A stretch of DNA of 64,000 nucleotides, taken from Gammaproteobacteria bacterium (lineage in GTDB: Bacteria; Pseudomonadota; Gammaproteobacteria; G965277405). Below are positions 1-9,686 of this stretch, one piece after another. Every line of letters starts with the position of its first letter. The stretch's first letter is position 1. The stretch covers positions 384,001 through 448,000 of the forward strand of contig OZ255726.1 of assembly GCA_965277405.1 (NCBI GenBank), read 5' to 3'. The notes beneath the pieces are model-generated. The model searched no databases, was not told where the DNA came from, and saw nothing but the letters and a program-made list of their open reading frames with translations. A program made the position numbers and the translations under genes.

Positions 1-402
1 TAATAATTTAGTATATGCACAATATTGGCAAAACTTGATGATTTGTTTTGCCACAATATGCGGACTGTAATTGCAAACACAATTATATGTACACGCTTAT
101 ACAAAAAAAACTAGATATATAAATATGCGTTTGATGACTCGACCGCAAGACTACAACATTTTTCGTAGCTGGGCATAATGTTTTTTTGCGCCTATTTTGT
201 AAAATTGATTGACATATTTTTTGTGAATGCTGTATCGCAACCAGCGTGTTAGACACAGATTCATTCATCATTGTGAGTTTTTTATGTGGTATGAAACGCA
301 TGCTGCTAGTATACACCGAATCGCCGTTTGTGTTTCATCGCGCTGCGATTTGTTGCAACATTCATGCGTACTGACGAATCATGCTGCTACAACTATGTTT
401 AG

Positions 403-559
403 GAAAGCTCTGATTAAGTCGATGATGGAGCGAGTTTGATGGCAATTGCAAGGCGCAAACCGCGCGCATTCTGCTGGCGCATGACCTAGCTATACGCCAA
501 GGAATGCAACACAGCAAGTGCCGCAAACCATCATATATTCAACAGATGGACGGGAAAAC
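403..559 (-). mobile_element. Truncated, degenerate MITE copy (IRR half)
   Basis: TTAG then GAAAGCTCTGATTAAGTCGATGATGGAGCGAG..GCAAGGCGCA..CAAGGAATGCAACACAGC..GACGGGAAAAC; second arm and other end absent. Confidence 0.85.
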
Positions 560-620
560 AAGCTCAGTTTATCAGCGACATACTGATAACTTACGCTGAT
601 TTTCAGTATATCTTAGCGCC

Positions 621-1994
621 ATGAAATCTAGCAAAGTAAAAACTGTCTTCGTCTGCGCAGACTGTGGAGAGGAATACAGTCAATGGCAAGGGAAGTGTAC
701 CGCATGCCAACAATGGAATACTATCGCTAAATTGCACCTTGCCCCTGCAACACCAGCAAGCAATACCAGTGGTTACGTTGCCAATGTACTGCCAGAGCTG
801 CAAACACTTCATCAACTTGAAATCAGCGAATCCAGTAGAACAGCGACATTTGCCAAAGAATTTGACCGCGTGCTTGGCGGCGGTCTTGTAGCTGGCTCAA
901 CGGTACTACTCGCCGGTAATCCTGGTATTGGAAAAAGTACATTGTTGTTACAAACGTTGGCTCATCTATCTACTACGCATAACTGCATCTATGCAACAGG
1001 TGAAGAGTCACTCAATCAAATCGCGATGCGCGCCCAACGGCTAAACTTGCACAGCGCTCGCTTGCAACTGCTGAATGAAACAAATATTTTTTCAATTATT
1101 GAACTTGCAACAAGCTCGAAAGCTGATGTGGTGGTGGTTGATTCAATCCAAGTCATGTATTCGCCTGAATTTCCCTCTTCACCAGGGAGCGTGACCCAGA
1201 TTCGTGAAGGTGCCACTGCTTTAACCAGGTTTGCTAAACACAGCAACACCACTATTATTCTGGTTGGTCATGTAACCAAAGACGGCAGTATTGCTGGACC
1301 TAAGACGCTCGAGCACAGCGTTGATTGTTCTATTAACTTTGAAAGCTCAAATGATTCACGGTTTCGCACCTTGCGCGCCTCAAAAAATAGATTTGGCGCA
1401 ATCAATGAGCTAGGTGTTTTTGCAATGACGGATACAGGACTAAAAGAAGTCAGCAACCCCTCTGCAATATTTCTCAATAGATCTGGGCAAAACCATCCAG
1501 GAACTATTACGACAGTACTTTGGGAAGGCACACGCACACTACTATTAGAAATCCAAGCGCTGGTTGATACAACACACGGGCATACACCACGCCGCGTGAG
1601 TATTGGAGTTGACTCCAACAAAATAAACATGCTTATTGCCATCTTACACCGCCACGTCGGTATCCTCGTTGCCGATCAAGACGTCTTCATCAATATTGTC
1701 GGCGGTGTCCGCATCACAGAGACTGGTGGCGATTTAGCTTTATTGTTATCGATTGTATCGTCACTGCGCAACACACCACTGCCAACATCAATGTGCGCAT
1801 TTGGAGAAGTTGGACTCACTGGGGAAATTCGCCCAGTTCCATCGGGTCAAGAACGTTTGCAAGAAGCCATTAAACATGGCTTTGTAACGGCAATTATTCC
1901 GCAAGGCAATATGCCCAAAAAAGTTGCAACAAATTGTACTGTACACGCTGTTGCCACACTCCAGCAGGCCATCGATGCAGCGTTTGCAACCTAA
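621..1994 (+). CDS. radA: DNA repair protein RadA/Sms
   Basis: N-terminal CxxC..CxxC Zn finger, Walker A GNPGIGKS, KNRFG motif, Lon-like C-terminus. Confidence 0.97.
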   Translation: MKSSKVKTVFVCADCGEEYSQWQGKCTACQQWNTIAKLHLAPATPASNTSGYVANVLPELQTLHQLEISESSRTATFAKEFDRVLGGGLVAGSTVLLAGNPGIGKSTLLLQTLAHLSTTHNCIYATGEESLNQIAMRAQRLNLHSARLQLLNETNIFSIIELATSSKADVVVVDSIQVMYSPEFPSSPGSVTQIREGATALTRFAKHSNTTIILVGHVTKDGSIAGPKTLEHSVDCSINFESSNDSRFRTLRASKNRFGAINELGVFAMTDTGLKEVSNPSAIFLNRSGQNHPGTITTVLWEGTRTLLLEIQALVDTTHGHTPRRVSIGVDSNKINMLIAILHRHVGILVADQDVFINIVGGVRITETGGDLALLLSIVSSLRNTPLPTSMCAFGEVGLTGEIRPVPSGQERLQEAIKHGFVTAIIPQGNMPKKVATNCTVHAVATLQQAIDAAFAT

Positions 1995-2171
1995 GGAGTG
2001 TGAGCCACAGTCAAAAATCAGCGCCGCATGATGTATAGGATACAAATGCACAGTAAGCGGATGCGGTGCATGTCAACGTCTATTATACATCTTTTTGTAG
2101 ACACGATAAATACGCCAATTCAGCAGTTTTCCCGCAAAACATTGCCCTACAATTACTAAAAAATAGCTAGC

Positions 2172-2927
2172 TTAGCCATCAAGCCAATAATGTTCAGTAG
2201 TGATTTGCCCAGGCGCCTTGCTTCTGTGTTTTTTGAGACCGCGTTGTATCAACTGCCTAGTAACTGACTGCAGCATTGCAGGGTTACCACATACAAAAAA
2301 CTGATCATTCGCAGTAATTGTTTCTCCAACTTGTTTTTCTAAACCATTGTTGGCTAATAGTGCATCGATGCGTCCGTATAGCAACGGCTTCGCCACTTCT
2401 TCCCTGCTGACCACAGCAACGTAGCTGACCTGTTGTTGCTGCAATTCTTGCCGATACGCTAATTCGGCAACACCACGCACACCATGTACCACGACAACAC
2501 GTTTTGCATGCTGGCTAAGCGAACAGCTGCGGGCTATTGATACAAAAGGACCAATGCCAGTGCCTGTGGCAATCAGCCACAATGTGTCAGCCTGCGGCAC
2601 GTCATAAAGCGTCATACAGCCGTTTGCAGTTGGTGAAATAAACACTTCATCATTTGGTTTAAGTGCTGCAAGCGTTGGAGTAAGCGCTCCACCGGCAATC
2701 ACCACATATAATATTTCTATAGTCTCCGCATTCTCTGCTGACACTACCGAATACGGGCGTAACACCCCGACGCCGTCGATCACAACGCCGAGACCGAAAT
2801 ATTGTCCAGCAACAAAGGTAAATCCCGCTGGTCTTGCAACATGCATACTGATAAGCGTTTTGGTCCACCGCTTTTGCTTGACTACTGTCGTGCTGATAAC
2901 ACTCCTATTGAATAGTTTTTCTAACAT
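2172..2927 (-). CDS. fpr: Ferredoxin(flavodoxin)-NADP+ reductase
   Basis: RPYS, ATGTGIGPF, CGNPAM motifs, C-terminal EHYW. Confidence 0.9.
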   Translation of the reverse strand: MLEKLFNRSVISTTVVKQKRWTKTLISMHVARPAGFTFVAGQYFGLGVVIDGVGVLRPYSVVSAENAETIEILYVVIAGGALTPTLAALKPNDEVFISPTANGCMTLYDVPQADTLWLIATGTGIGPFVSIARSCSLSQHAKRVVVVHGVRGVAELAYRQELQQQQVSYVAVVSREEVAKPLLYGRIDALLANNGLEKQVGETITANDQFFVCGNPAMLQSVTRQLIQRGLKKHRSKAPGQITTEHYWLDG

Positions 2928-2936
2928 ATATATGGT

Positions 2937-3776
2937 TTATTGAATCAAGGTGCCCACACCTTGATTGGTGAATAATTCCAGCAAAATTGAATGCTCATTG
3001 CGACCGTCTAGAATATGTACTTGCTCCACGCCATGGCTAATCGCTGCTCTGGCACAATGTATTTTTGGTATCATGCCACCATGAATGACGCCATCAGCAA
3101 TCATCGCATCAATATCACCACACGCTATCTTGCTAATCCGTTGACCAGTAGCGTCAAGCACCCCTGCAACATTTGTTAAAAATATCAATTTCTTGGCTTG
3201 CATATGCGTTGCAATGCCACTGGCAACAAGATCCGCATTGATATTTAACGTGTTTCCAGCGGCATCATTGGCAATTGGCGCAATAATGGGGATATACGCG
3301 CTATTAGATATTTGTTGCAGTACTGCAACGTTTACATCGGCAACTTCCCCAACCCAACCAATATCTGGCGCAGTAATTTTTTTTGCCAGAATCAGCTTAC
3401 CGTCTTTGCCAGTTAAACCAACCGCCTGCCCAGCAACATGGTGTATCGCATCTACAATTTGTTTATTGACTAAACCGCCTAACACCATTTGCACAATGTC
3501 CATCGTTGCGGAGTCAGTATAACGTAGTCCATTGACATACCGAGCAACAATACCACACTGCTTCAACACCTTATCAATTTGTGGTCCACCACCATGCACA
3601 ACAATCGGACGAATCCCAACCAACTTAAGCAGCACCAGATCACGTGAGAACGCGTGCAGCAACGCCGCATCAACCATTGCATTGCCGCCAAGTTTGATCA
3701 CAATATCTTGCTTGTGGAATTTTTGAATATACGGTAGTGCTTCTATAATGACATGCGCTCTTGAAATATCGTGCAT
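2937..3776 (-). CDS. argB: Acetylglutamate kinase (likely start 3776; ORF extends to 3824)
   Basis: EALPYIQKF, IKLGGNAM, VHGGGPQI, NINAD, GGMIPK, ELFT.QGVGT. Confidence 0.95.
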   Translation of the reverse strand: MHDISRAHVIIEALPYIQKFHKQDIVIKLGGNAMVDAALLHAFSRDLVLLKLVGIRPIVVHGGGPQIDKVLKQCGIVARYVNGLRYTDSATMDIVQMVLGGLVNKQIVDAIHHVAGQAVGLTGKDGKLILAKKITAPDIGWVGEVADVNVAVLQQISNSAYIPIIAPIANDAAGNTLNINADLVASGIATHMQAKKLIFLTNVAGVLDATGQRISKIACGDIDAMIADGVIHGGMIPKIHCARAAISHGVEQVHILDGRNEHSILLELFTNQGVGTLIQ

Positions 3777-3877
3777 ATATATTGCTGGTATGAAGCTGGT
3801 AAAACAGCGGATAATATAGCCCATCGCTGGATAGCTGTTAAGATATTACCCATCTATTTTATATTGGGGACATTCTC

Positions 3878-4294
3878 ATGAGATATTTACACACCATGGT
3901 TCGTGTGCAGGATTTAGAGGCATCAATTACGTTTTGGCAGCGGATTGGTCTTATTGAAACGCGGCGCAAAGAACATCAACAAGGTAGGTTTACCTTGGTA
4001 TTTCTTGCCACTGCGCCCAGCGAACCAGAAATAGAATTGACATGGAATTGGGATAATACCGATCGTTATGCTGACGGTAACAACTTTGGTCATGTCGCCT
4101 ATGAAGTCGAAGATATTTACCAGACATGCCAAACATTACAAGATGCTGGCGTAACAATTTTACGCCCACCGCGAGATGGGCACATGGCATTTGTGCGCTC
4201 ACCAGATAATATATCTGTCGAACTGCTGCAAACAGGAGATGCAAAAGCTACAGCCGAACCGTGGGCGTCAATGGCAAACACTGGAACTTGGTAA
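3878..4294 (+). CDS. gloA: Lactoylglutathione lyase / VOC family protein
   Basis: YLHTMVRV, ELTWNWD, NFGHVA, PRDGHMAFVRSPDNISVELLQ. Confidence 0.9.
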   Translation: MRYLHTMVRVQDLEASITFWQRIGLIETRRKEHQQGRFTLVFLATAPSEPEIELTWNWDNTDRYADGNNFGHVAYEVEDIYQTCQTLQDAGVTILRPPRDGHMAFVRSPDNISVELLQTGDAKATAEPWASMANTGTW

Positions 4295-4805
4295 AGTAGC
4301 AAACTACGACTCCAATCCATCAAAGGTCTTGATGTTATCCGCATGTTAATAGCTGCTAGTACAGCCACGGACGCATGTATCCGCATACCTCTGCTAGCGC
4401 CAGTATTGTCATCCGCGTCAGTTGAGGCAACAACAATATCCACCCCGTCAAGTCACACGCTGTGCGAATGCGTTATCCACCTCACAGCCATCTTATTCTC
4501 ACCTACTACTGCAAACAATATACAATCGCGGTTTGCAACCGCTAGCGCGAAACAGTTTTGCAAGAATGTTGGTAAGTGCGCAGAGTTAGCTGCAAGCATA
4601 CGGCTCGTGACCCTACTGTACACCACTAATGAATGTGTTGCTGTTCGTTGATTGGTGTACTTGATTACGCAAAAATTGTGCTTACATCAATCAACATCAA
4701 CCGTAAGCAGGAATTGTATTGGCTGGTATGATGGATGGAAACCACTGGCTAAAATCGCATTTTAAGTAATCGACTACATACTGTTCTGGTAAAATTCAAC
4801 ATGCT

Positions 4806-4824
4806 GACTTAATCAGAGGTTGCC
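4806..4824. repeat. Isolated MITE/IS terminal-repeat remnant
   Basis: GACTTAATCAGAGGTTGCC resembles the element end GACTTAATCAGAG(C/G)TTCC. Confidence 0.55.
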
Positions 4825-4910
4825 TTCGGCAAAACTAACTTAACAGCTAGCCGTTGGCAATGAGGGTGGCTGTGATAGTCATGTCATATAACCACCACAG
4901 CCGGTGAAAT

Positions 4911-5042
4911 TTATTTGCCTTTTTTTTGGTTTGGATTTAGCTGTTTCCCTCTATTTCCTTGTCCTTTGTCGTATGGTTTGTTGGTTCCTGAAGAACCTTT
5001 GTTTGGATTTTGTTGGTCTGAACCGTTATCTGAACTTGTCAT
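4911..5042 (-). CDS. 43-aa N/Q/K/G-rich small protein (below the ORF-track cutoff): MTSSDNGSDQQNPNKGSSGTNKPYDKGQGNRGKQLNPNQKKGK
   Basis: Hand-translated; GGAGAAATT RBS before ATG; upstream TTGACA-N16-TATATT; downstream GGCTGTG..CACAGCC inverted repeat. Confidence 0.75.
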   Translation of the reverse strand: MTSSDNGSDQQNPNKGSSGTNKPYDKGQGNRGKQLNPNQKKGK

Positions 5043-5121
5043 AATTTCTCCGTTTGTAATATATAATGAATAATTTATTGTAGAGTCTTTAGTTAGAAAT
5101 ACACCAAAAAGTCATAACAGG

Positions 5122-5149
5122 AATATAAGCATAAATACGACATTGTCAA
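5122..5149 (-). promoter_or_regulatory. Putative sigma70 promoter for the 43-aa peptide gene
   Basis: Minus strand TTGACA-16 nt-TATATT, lying just upstream of the divergent XRE start. Confidence 0.55.
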
Positions 5150-5170
5150 CTCTACGACTATATATATTTA

Positions 5171-5536
5171 ATGAATAATCTACAGCCTGAGACAACAGTT
5201 CAATCTGTGATTGGTCAAGTGATTGTGAAAATACGTAAAGAGATGAACTTCGAGCAACATCAATTGGCAAAAGCTGCTGGGGTTAACCAATCGACATGGT
5301 CTAAAATTGAAAGAGGAGAAAGCGCGTTATCAATAGAAAAACTCATGCAGGTAGCAGGGTTTATGCAAATTAAACCGAGTATAATTATAATTCAAGCTGA
5401 ATCAGTCATTAGCCAATTGAAGTCACAGGGTGTAATTGTAAAAAACCGTGCACCATCAAATGGCACTAGCAGAGGAGCAGCCATAATTGGAGCTGCTGCG
5501 CTTGGCGGATTAGTAGCGCTAATACTCAAAAGTTAA
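5171..5536 (+). CDS. XRE/Cro-C1 family HTH regulator with hydrophobic glycine-rich C-terminal tail
   Basis: QHQLAKAAGVNQSTWSKIERGE HTH; tail GAAIIGAAALGGLVALILKS. Confidence 0.88.
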   Translation: MNNLQPETTVQSVIGQVIVKIRKEMNFEQHQLAKAAGVNQSTWSKIERGESALSIEKLMQVAGFMQIKPSIIIIQAESVISQLKSQGVIVKNRAPSNGTSRGAAIIGAAALGGLVALILKS

Positions 5537-5550
5537 TACGATACAAAAAA

Positions 5551-5673
5551 ATGGCAAAACAGCAAAAATTGTATGTGGTATGGCAGGGTCGCGTGACTGG
5601 AGTGTTGCCAACGTGGAAGCGATGCCAAGCGGCGGTGCATGGCTATGCTTCCCTAACTGTTTCCATGGAATAA
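5551..5673 (+). pseudogene. Truncated 5' paralog of the RNase H gene at 9687
   Basis: MAKQQKLYVVWQGRVTGVLPTWKRCQAAVHGYA vs MAKTQKYYVVWQGRETGIMPTWARCQAAVHGYA; similarity ends at GCTTCC-CTAA (5647-5656). Confidence 0.85.
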
Positions 5674-5908
5674 CAGCTTCGATCTTCTCAAGAAAATGCT
5701 CACTATAGTTTTTGCTGCTTATGTGCGTATTTTGACTGTGCAGACTTTATTTGCTGCATAATAACTCTCAAAACGCTAGTCTGAGCTACTACAGCTAAGC
5801 TAAGGCTGCAAAACCTGCTGGAAATTATTCTATGTTTTCCGTAACTTTCTGCTTTGCAGCAAGGTTTGATACGTTACAATAGTTTTAATTATTTTTATTG
5901 GATGCGCA

Positions 5909-6892
5909 ATGACAAACAAACATAGTTGTATTAAATCTATCGCAATATCAGCTGTACTGGCTGCCTCCTTCCTGACAACGTCAGTTTCTTTCGCCGCCGA
6001 TAAGTCTTTGGCAGTTACAGCTATAGTGGAGCATCCATCTTTGGATGCGGTGCACAAAGGTCTGGTTGATGAACTGGAAAAGCTTGGATATGTTGAAGGA
6101 AAAAATCTCACCATTCAGCATCAATCAGCACAGGGTGATATCCCAACAACAGTCCAGATTGCCAATAAATTTGTTGGCGCTCAACCAGATGTGATAGTCG
6201 GTATTTCCACACCCTCTGCTCAGGCAATTGTTGCCAAAGCTCCCAAAGACCAGGCTGTGGTTTTTACCGTTGTCACTGATCCGCTGGGGGCAAAACTCGT
6301 CGATAATTTGCTCAAACCTAGCGGGAATGTAACTGGGGTTTCCGATATGTCGCCCATCAAGAAGCATCTTGAGCTTATCAAGCAGATGATTCCAACTGCC
6401 AAAAAAGTCGGTGTCCTCTATAATCCAGGTGAATCCAATTCAATATCTCTGGTTAATATGCTGGAAAAAGAAGCCCCGGGACTTGGTCTGAAAATTGTCA
6501 AAGCTGGTGCCAATAGCACCAGCGCTGTGCTGTCATCCGCCCGTAGTCTGGTCGGTAAGGTGGACGCTATCTATGTTCCAACTGACAATACAGTTGTGTC
6601 GGCTTTTGAAGCCGTTGTCAAGGTGGGCATTGACGGGCAGATTCCAGTTTTTGCAGGAGACACAGCCAGCGTGCCACGTGGTGCCGTAGCTGCATTGGGG
6701 TTTAACTATTATGACGTTGGTCGCCAGACTGGCAAGATGATCGCTAAAATATTTGAAGGTACAAACCCTGGTGATCTTGCAGTTGAATTTCCAACCATTC
6801 TAGAACTGCTCGTCAATCCTGGGTCTGCTGAAAAAATGGGGCTGACCATTCCCAAAACAATAATTTCTGCTGCGACAAAAGTGATTGAGTAA
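5909..6892 (+). CDS. ABC transporter substrate-binding protein (ABC_sub_bind, Trp/Tyr-type family)
   Basis: Signal peptide, IVEHPSLD, SAQGD, TGVSD, YNPGESNS, PTDNTV. Confidence 0.9.
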   Translation: MTNKHSCIKSIAISAVLAASFLTTSVSFAADKSLAVTAIVEHPSLDAVHKGLVDELEKLGYVEGKNLTIQHQSAQGDIPTTVQIANKFVGAQPDVIVGISTPSAQAIVAKAPKDQAVVFTVVTDPLGAKLVDNLLKPSGNVTGVSDMSPIKKHLELIKQMIPTAKKVGVLYNPGESNSISLVNMLEKEAPGLGLKIVKAGANSTSAVLSSARSLVGKVDAIYVPTDNTVVSAFEAVVKVGIDGQIPVFAGDTASVPRGAVAALGFNYYDVGRQTGKMIAKIFEGTNPGDLAVEFPTILELLVNPGSAEKMGLTIPKTIISAATKVIE

Positions 6893-6905
6893 TTTAAAAC
6901 GTTAG

Positions 6906-7494
6906 GGAATCTCTGATAAATTACCATATGGGTAAGACGGAGCAAAACCGCTGATGATACTTAAGCGCAGTGTGCAAATAACACTGATGGGTCTTGTGGG
7001 TATTGCCCCAAGTGCTGCAACGACGCAGCGCAGCGTTTGTTTTCATCCCTTAGGGAAGCTCTGATTAAGTCCATGATGGGCGAGACGGAGAAAAAACGCT
7101 GATGATAACTAGACGCAGTGCGCAGATAATACTGGTGGTATTATCAAGTGCTGCAACGACGTTAGCGCAGAGTTTTTTCCCGACCTTCTATTGAATATAT
7201 GATGGTTTGCCTACAAGCGGTACTTGCTGTGTTGCATCCCTTGGCGTATATGCTACGGCATGCGCTTATCGGTTTGCGCCTTGCAATCATCAGCAATTGC
7301 AGGCAACCTCGCTCCATCAGCGACTTAATCAGAGGTTCCTTAGTTGAATATACTCTTGGTTTGTAGCAGTTGTGGTATTGGCAGTGGCGCATCCCGTGGC
7401 GGCTATGCTACGGCATGCGCCCTGCAAAATGCGCCTTGCAATCATCAGCAATTGCTGGAAAACTCGCTCCATCAGCGCGTTAATCATAACTTCC
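6906..7494 (+). mobile_element. Old degenerate MITE copy interrupted by a younger copy
   Basis: TTAG-GGAATCTCTGATAAATT...GTTAATCATAACTTCC-TTAG; halves rejoin as CATCCC-TTAG-TTGAATATA when the insert is removed. Confidence 0.85.
7054..7339 (+). mobile_element. Complete MITE nested in the older copy
   Basis: Both TIRs, TTAG duplicated at 7050-7053 and 7340-7343. Confidence 0.95.
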
Positions 7495-7507
7495 TTAGGG
7501 TAAAATA

Positions 7508-8425
7508 TTGAGCATTATCGCCTTTCTTGGGGCGATTGAGTTGGGGTTTATCTACGGCTTGGTCGCCCTTGGTATTTTTATATCTTTTCGAATTCTTAAT
7601 TTTCCCGATCTAACCGTAGACGGATCTTTTCCGCTGGGAGCGGCTGTTTCAGCCGCGCTGATTGTTGCCGGCTATAATCCTTTTCTCGCAACGCTGATTG
7701 CCGTCGCCGCTGGATGCCTTGCTGGATTTATTACGGCCTGGCTAAACGTACAGCTAAAAATCCTCCACCTGTTAGCAAGCATCCTGACCATGATTGCACT
7801 GTATTCCATCAATCTACGTATCATGGGCCGTCCTAACATAGCACTAATTACCGAAGAAACTATCCTCACGCCTTTTGCAAACCTCGCAAGTACGCTTGGA
7901 ATCAGTAGCTATATGGTTATGCCAGTCGTCTTTCTGGTTTTTGCAGGCGTTATAAAGATGGCGCTCGACTGGTTTTTAGGCTCGCAGCTAGGTCTTGCCA
8001 TGCGCGCGACTGGGGCAAACGCGAAAATGGCGCGGGCAAACGGTATCTATGATGGCAGAATGATCCTGCTCGGTATGGCGATGGCCAACGGTCTTGTCGC
8101 TTTTGCTGGTTCTGTTTTCGCGCAAAGTCAAGGCTCTGCGGACGTTACCATGGGCGTTGGAGTTATTGTTATTGGTCTAGCTGCAGTGATTGGTGGTGAA
8201 TCCTTACTGACGCCAAAAGGGATTGCCCGAGCAACGCTTGCCAGCATTCTTGGCTCCATTACCTACTGGCTTGCGGTCAGTTTGGCCCTCAATACTGATT
8301 ACATTGGTCTGGAGGCACAGGATCTTAAACTTGTCACCGCCGTGCTGGTTGCGCTAGCGCTGGTATTGCCTGGTAGCCGCGTCACGCGCTTGTTCAAAAA
8401 GCGGAAGCAAAATGATCAAATGTGA
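7508..8425 (+). CDS. ABC transporter permease
   Basis: FPDLTVDGSFPLGAAV, LLASIL, MRATGAN, multi-TM; TTG start. Confidence 0.92.
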   Translation: MSIIAFLGAIELGFIYGLVALGIFISFRILNFPDLTVDGSFPLGAAVSAALIVAGYNPFLATLIAVAAGCLAGFITAWLNVQLKILHLLASILTMIALYSINLRIMGRPNIALITEETILTPFANLASTLGISSYMVMPVVFLVFAGVIKMALDWFLGSQLGLAMRATGANAKMARANGIYDGRMILLGMAMANGLVAFAGSVFAQSQGSADVTMGVGVIVIGLAAVIGGESLLTPKGIARATLASILGSITYWLAVSLALNTDYIGLEAQDLKLVTAVLVALALVLPGSRVTRLFKKRKQNDQM

Positions 8426-9206
8426 AGATCTGCATATCACCTTCAACAAAGGAACCGTAATGGAGACGCGGGCACTTTCAGGTCTTAGTCTTGAAGTGCC
8501 TAAAGGGCAATTTGTCTGTGTAATAGGCTCAAACGGTTCTGGAAAATCAACCCTGCAAAATGCTATTTCTGGTGAAACGTGTATTGATCAGGGTAGGATT
8601 ATTATTGATGATAAAGACATTACCAATTGGCCAGCCCCAAAACGGACAGGTATGATAGCCCGAGTTTTCCAGGACCCACTCGCCGGCTCCTGTGCCAACC
8701 TGACCATCGAAGAGAATATGTCACTAGTCCGATCACGGGGCAAACGACGTGGCCTCGGTAAAGCTGTCACCAGTGCAGCGCAGCTTGATTTTCGCTCCAA
8801 ACTCGAAAGGCTGGGACTAGGTCTTGAAAACCGACTTTGTGACATGATGGGACTCCTGTCTGGTGGGCAACGCCAATCGGTCAGCCTGCTTATGGCCACC
8901 CTCCAGCCCTCCAGCATCCTCATGCTTGATGAGCATACGGCAGCGCTTGACCCTCGCATTGCCTCTTTTGTCATGGATTTGACCAAGGATATCATAACAG
9001 AAAATCAGCTCACAGCTCTTATGGTCACCCATTCTATGCGGCAGGCCCTGGAGTACGGAGATCGGACCATTATGTTGCATGAAGGCAAGGTAGTTCTTGA
9101 TGTTGCTGGAAAAGAGCGCGCCGGTCTTGATGTTCTGGACCTAATCCAGATGTTTAAGAAAACCCATGGTGAAGAGCTCATAGACGACTGCCTGTGGCTG
9201 GGCTGA
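8412..9206 (+). CDS. ABC transporter ATP-binding protein
   Basis: GSNGSGKS, LSGGQRQ, LDEHTAALDP, VTH. Confidence 0.95.
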   Translation: MIKCEDLHITFNKGTVMETRALSGLSLEVPKGQFVCVIGSNGSGKSTLQNAISGETCIDQGRIIIDDKDITNWPAPKRTGMIARVFQDPLAGSCANLTIEENMSLVRSRGKRRGLGKAVTSAAQLDFRSKLERLGLGLENRLCDMMGLLSGGQRQSVSLLMATLQPSSILMLDEHTAALDPRIASFVMDLTKDIITENQLTALMVTHSMRQALEYGDRTIMLHEGKVVLDVAGKERAGLDVLDLIQMFKKTHGEELIDDCLWLG

Positions 9207-9248
9207 AAATCGAGGTATCAGAGAAGACCTATTCCGCCGCTATTTTAG

Positions 9249-9531
9249 GGAAGCTCTGATTAAGTCCATGATGGGCGAGACGGAGAAAAAACGCTGATGA
9301 AACTTAAGCGCAGTGCGCAGATAATACTGGTGGTATTATCAAGTGCTGCAACGACGTTAGAGCAGCGTTTTTTCCCGTCCTTCTGTTGAATATATAACGG
9401 TTTGCTGCAGCGGTACTTGCTGCGTTGCATCCCTTGGCGTATATGCTACGGCATGCGCCTGCGGAATGCGCCTTGCAATCATCAGCAATTGCAGGCAAAC
9501 TCGCTCCATCAGCGACTTATTCAGAGCTTCC
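9249..9531 (+). mobile_element. Complete MITE
   Basis: Both TIRs, TTAG duplicated at 9245-9248 and 9532-9535. Confidence 0.95.
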
Positions 9532-9686
9532 TTAGCAAATATCCCTCTCGCTACCTTCGTCTGTGTTTGCTGGTTTGACCAGATCACGAAGATTTAGCAG
9601 TGCCAGTATAGGAGCAGCCATAATCCAGCGGCGGCGCTGGGTGGATTAGTCGCTATAATATGCAAAAGTTAACACAATACAAAAAA

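Noticed and set aside
1-400. AT-rich start of the window with two short ORFs
   Set aside because: No recognisable gene, RNA or repeat; one ORF ends inside the MITE.
4343-4651. 102-aa plus-strand ORF after gloA
   Set aside because: No motif or clear RBS; the region looks like decayed sequence.
9293-9300. (G)CTGATGA in both MITE arms resembles the hammerhead core CUGAUGA or a box C motif
   Set aside because: There is no stem II followed by GAAA and no opposing box D; the CTG appears paired with a downstream CAG.
9304-9587. Recurring short ORFs inside MITE copies (MPAIADDCKAHSAGACR.., MLMIARRIPQAHAV..)
   Set aside because: They are translations of the repeat. Copies differ by frameshifting indels and have variable starts and stops, so there is no sign of coding constraint.
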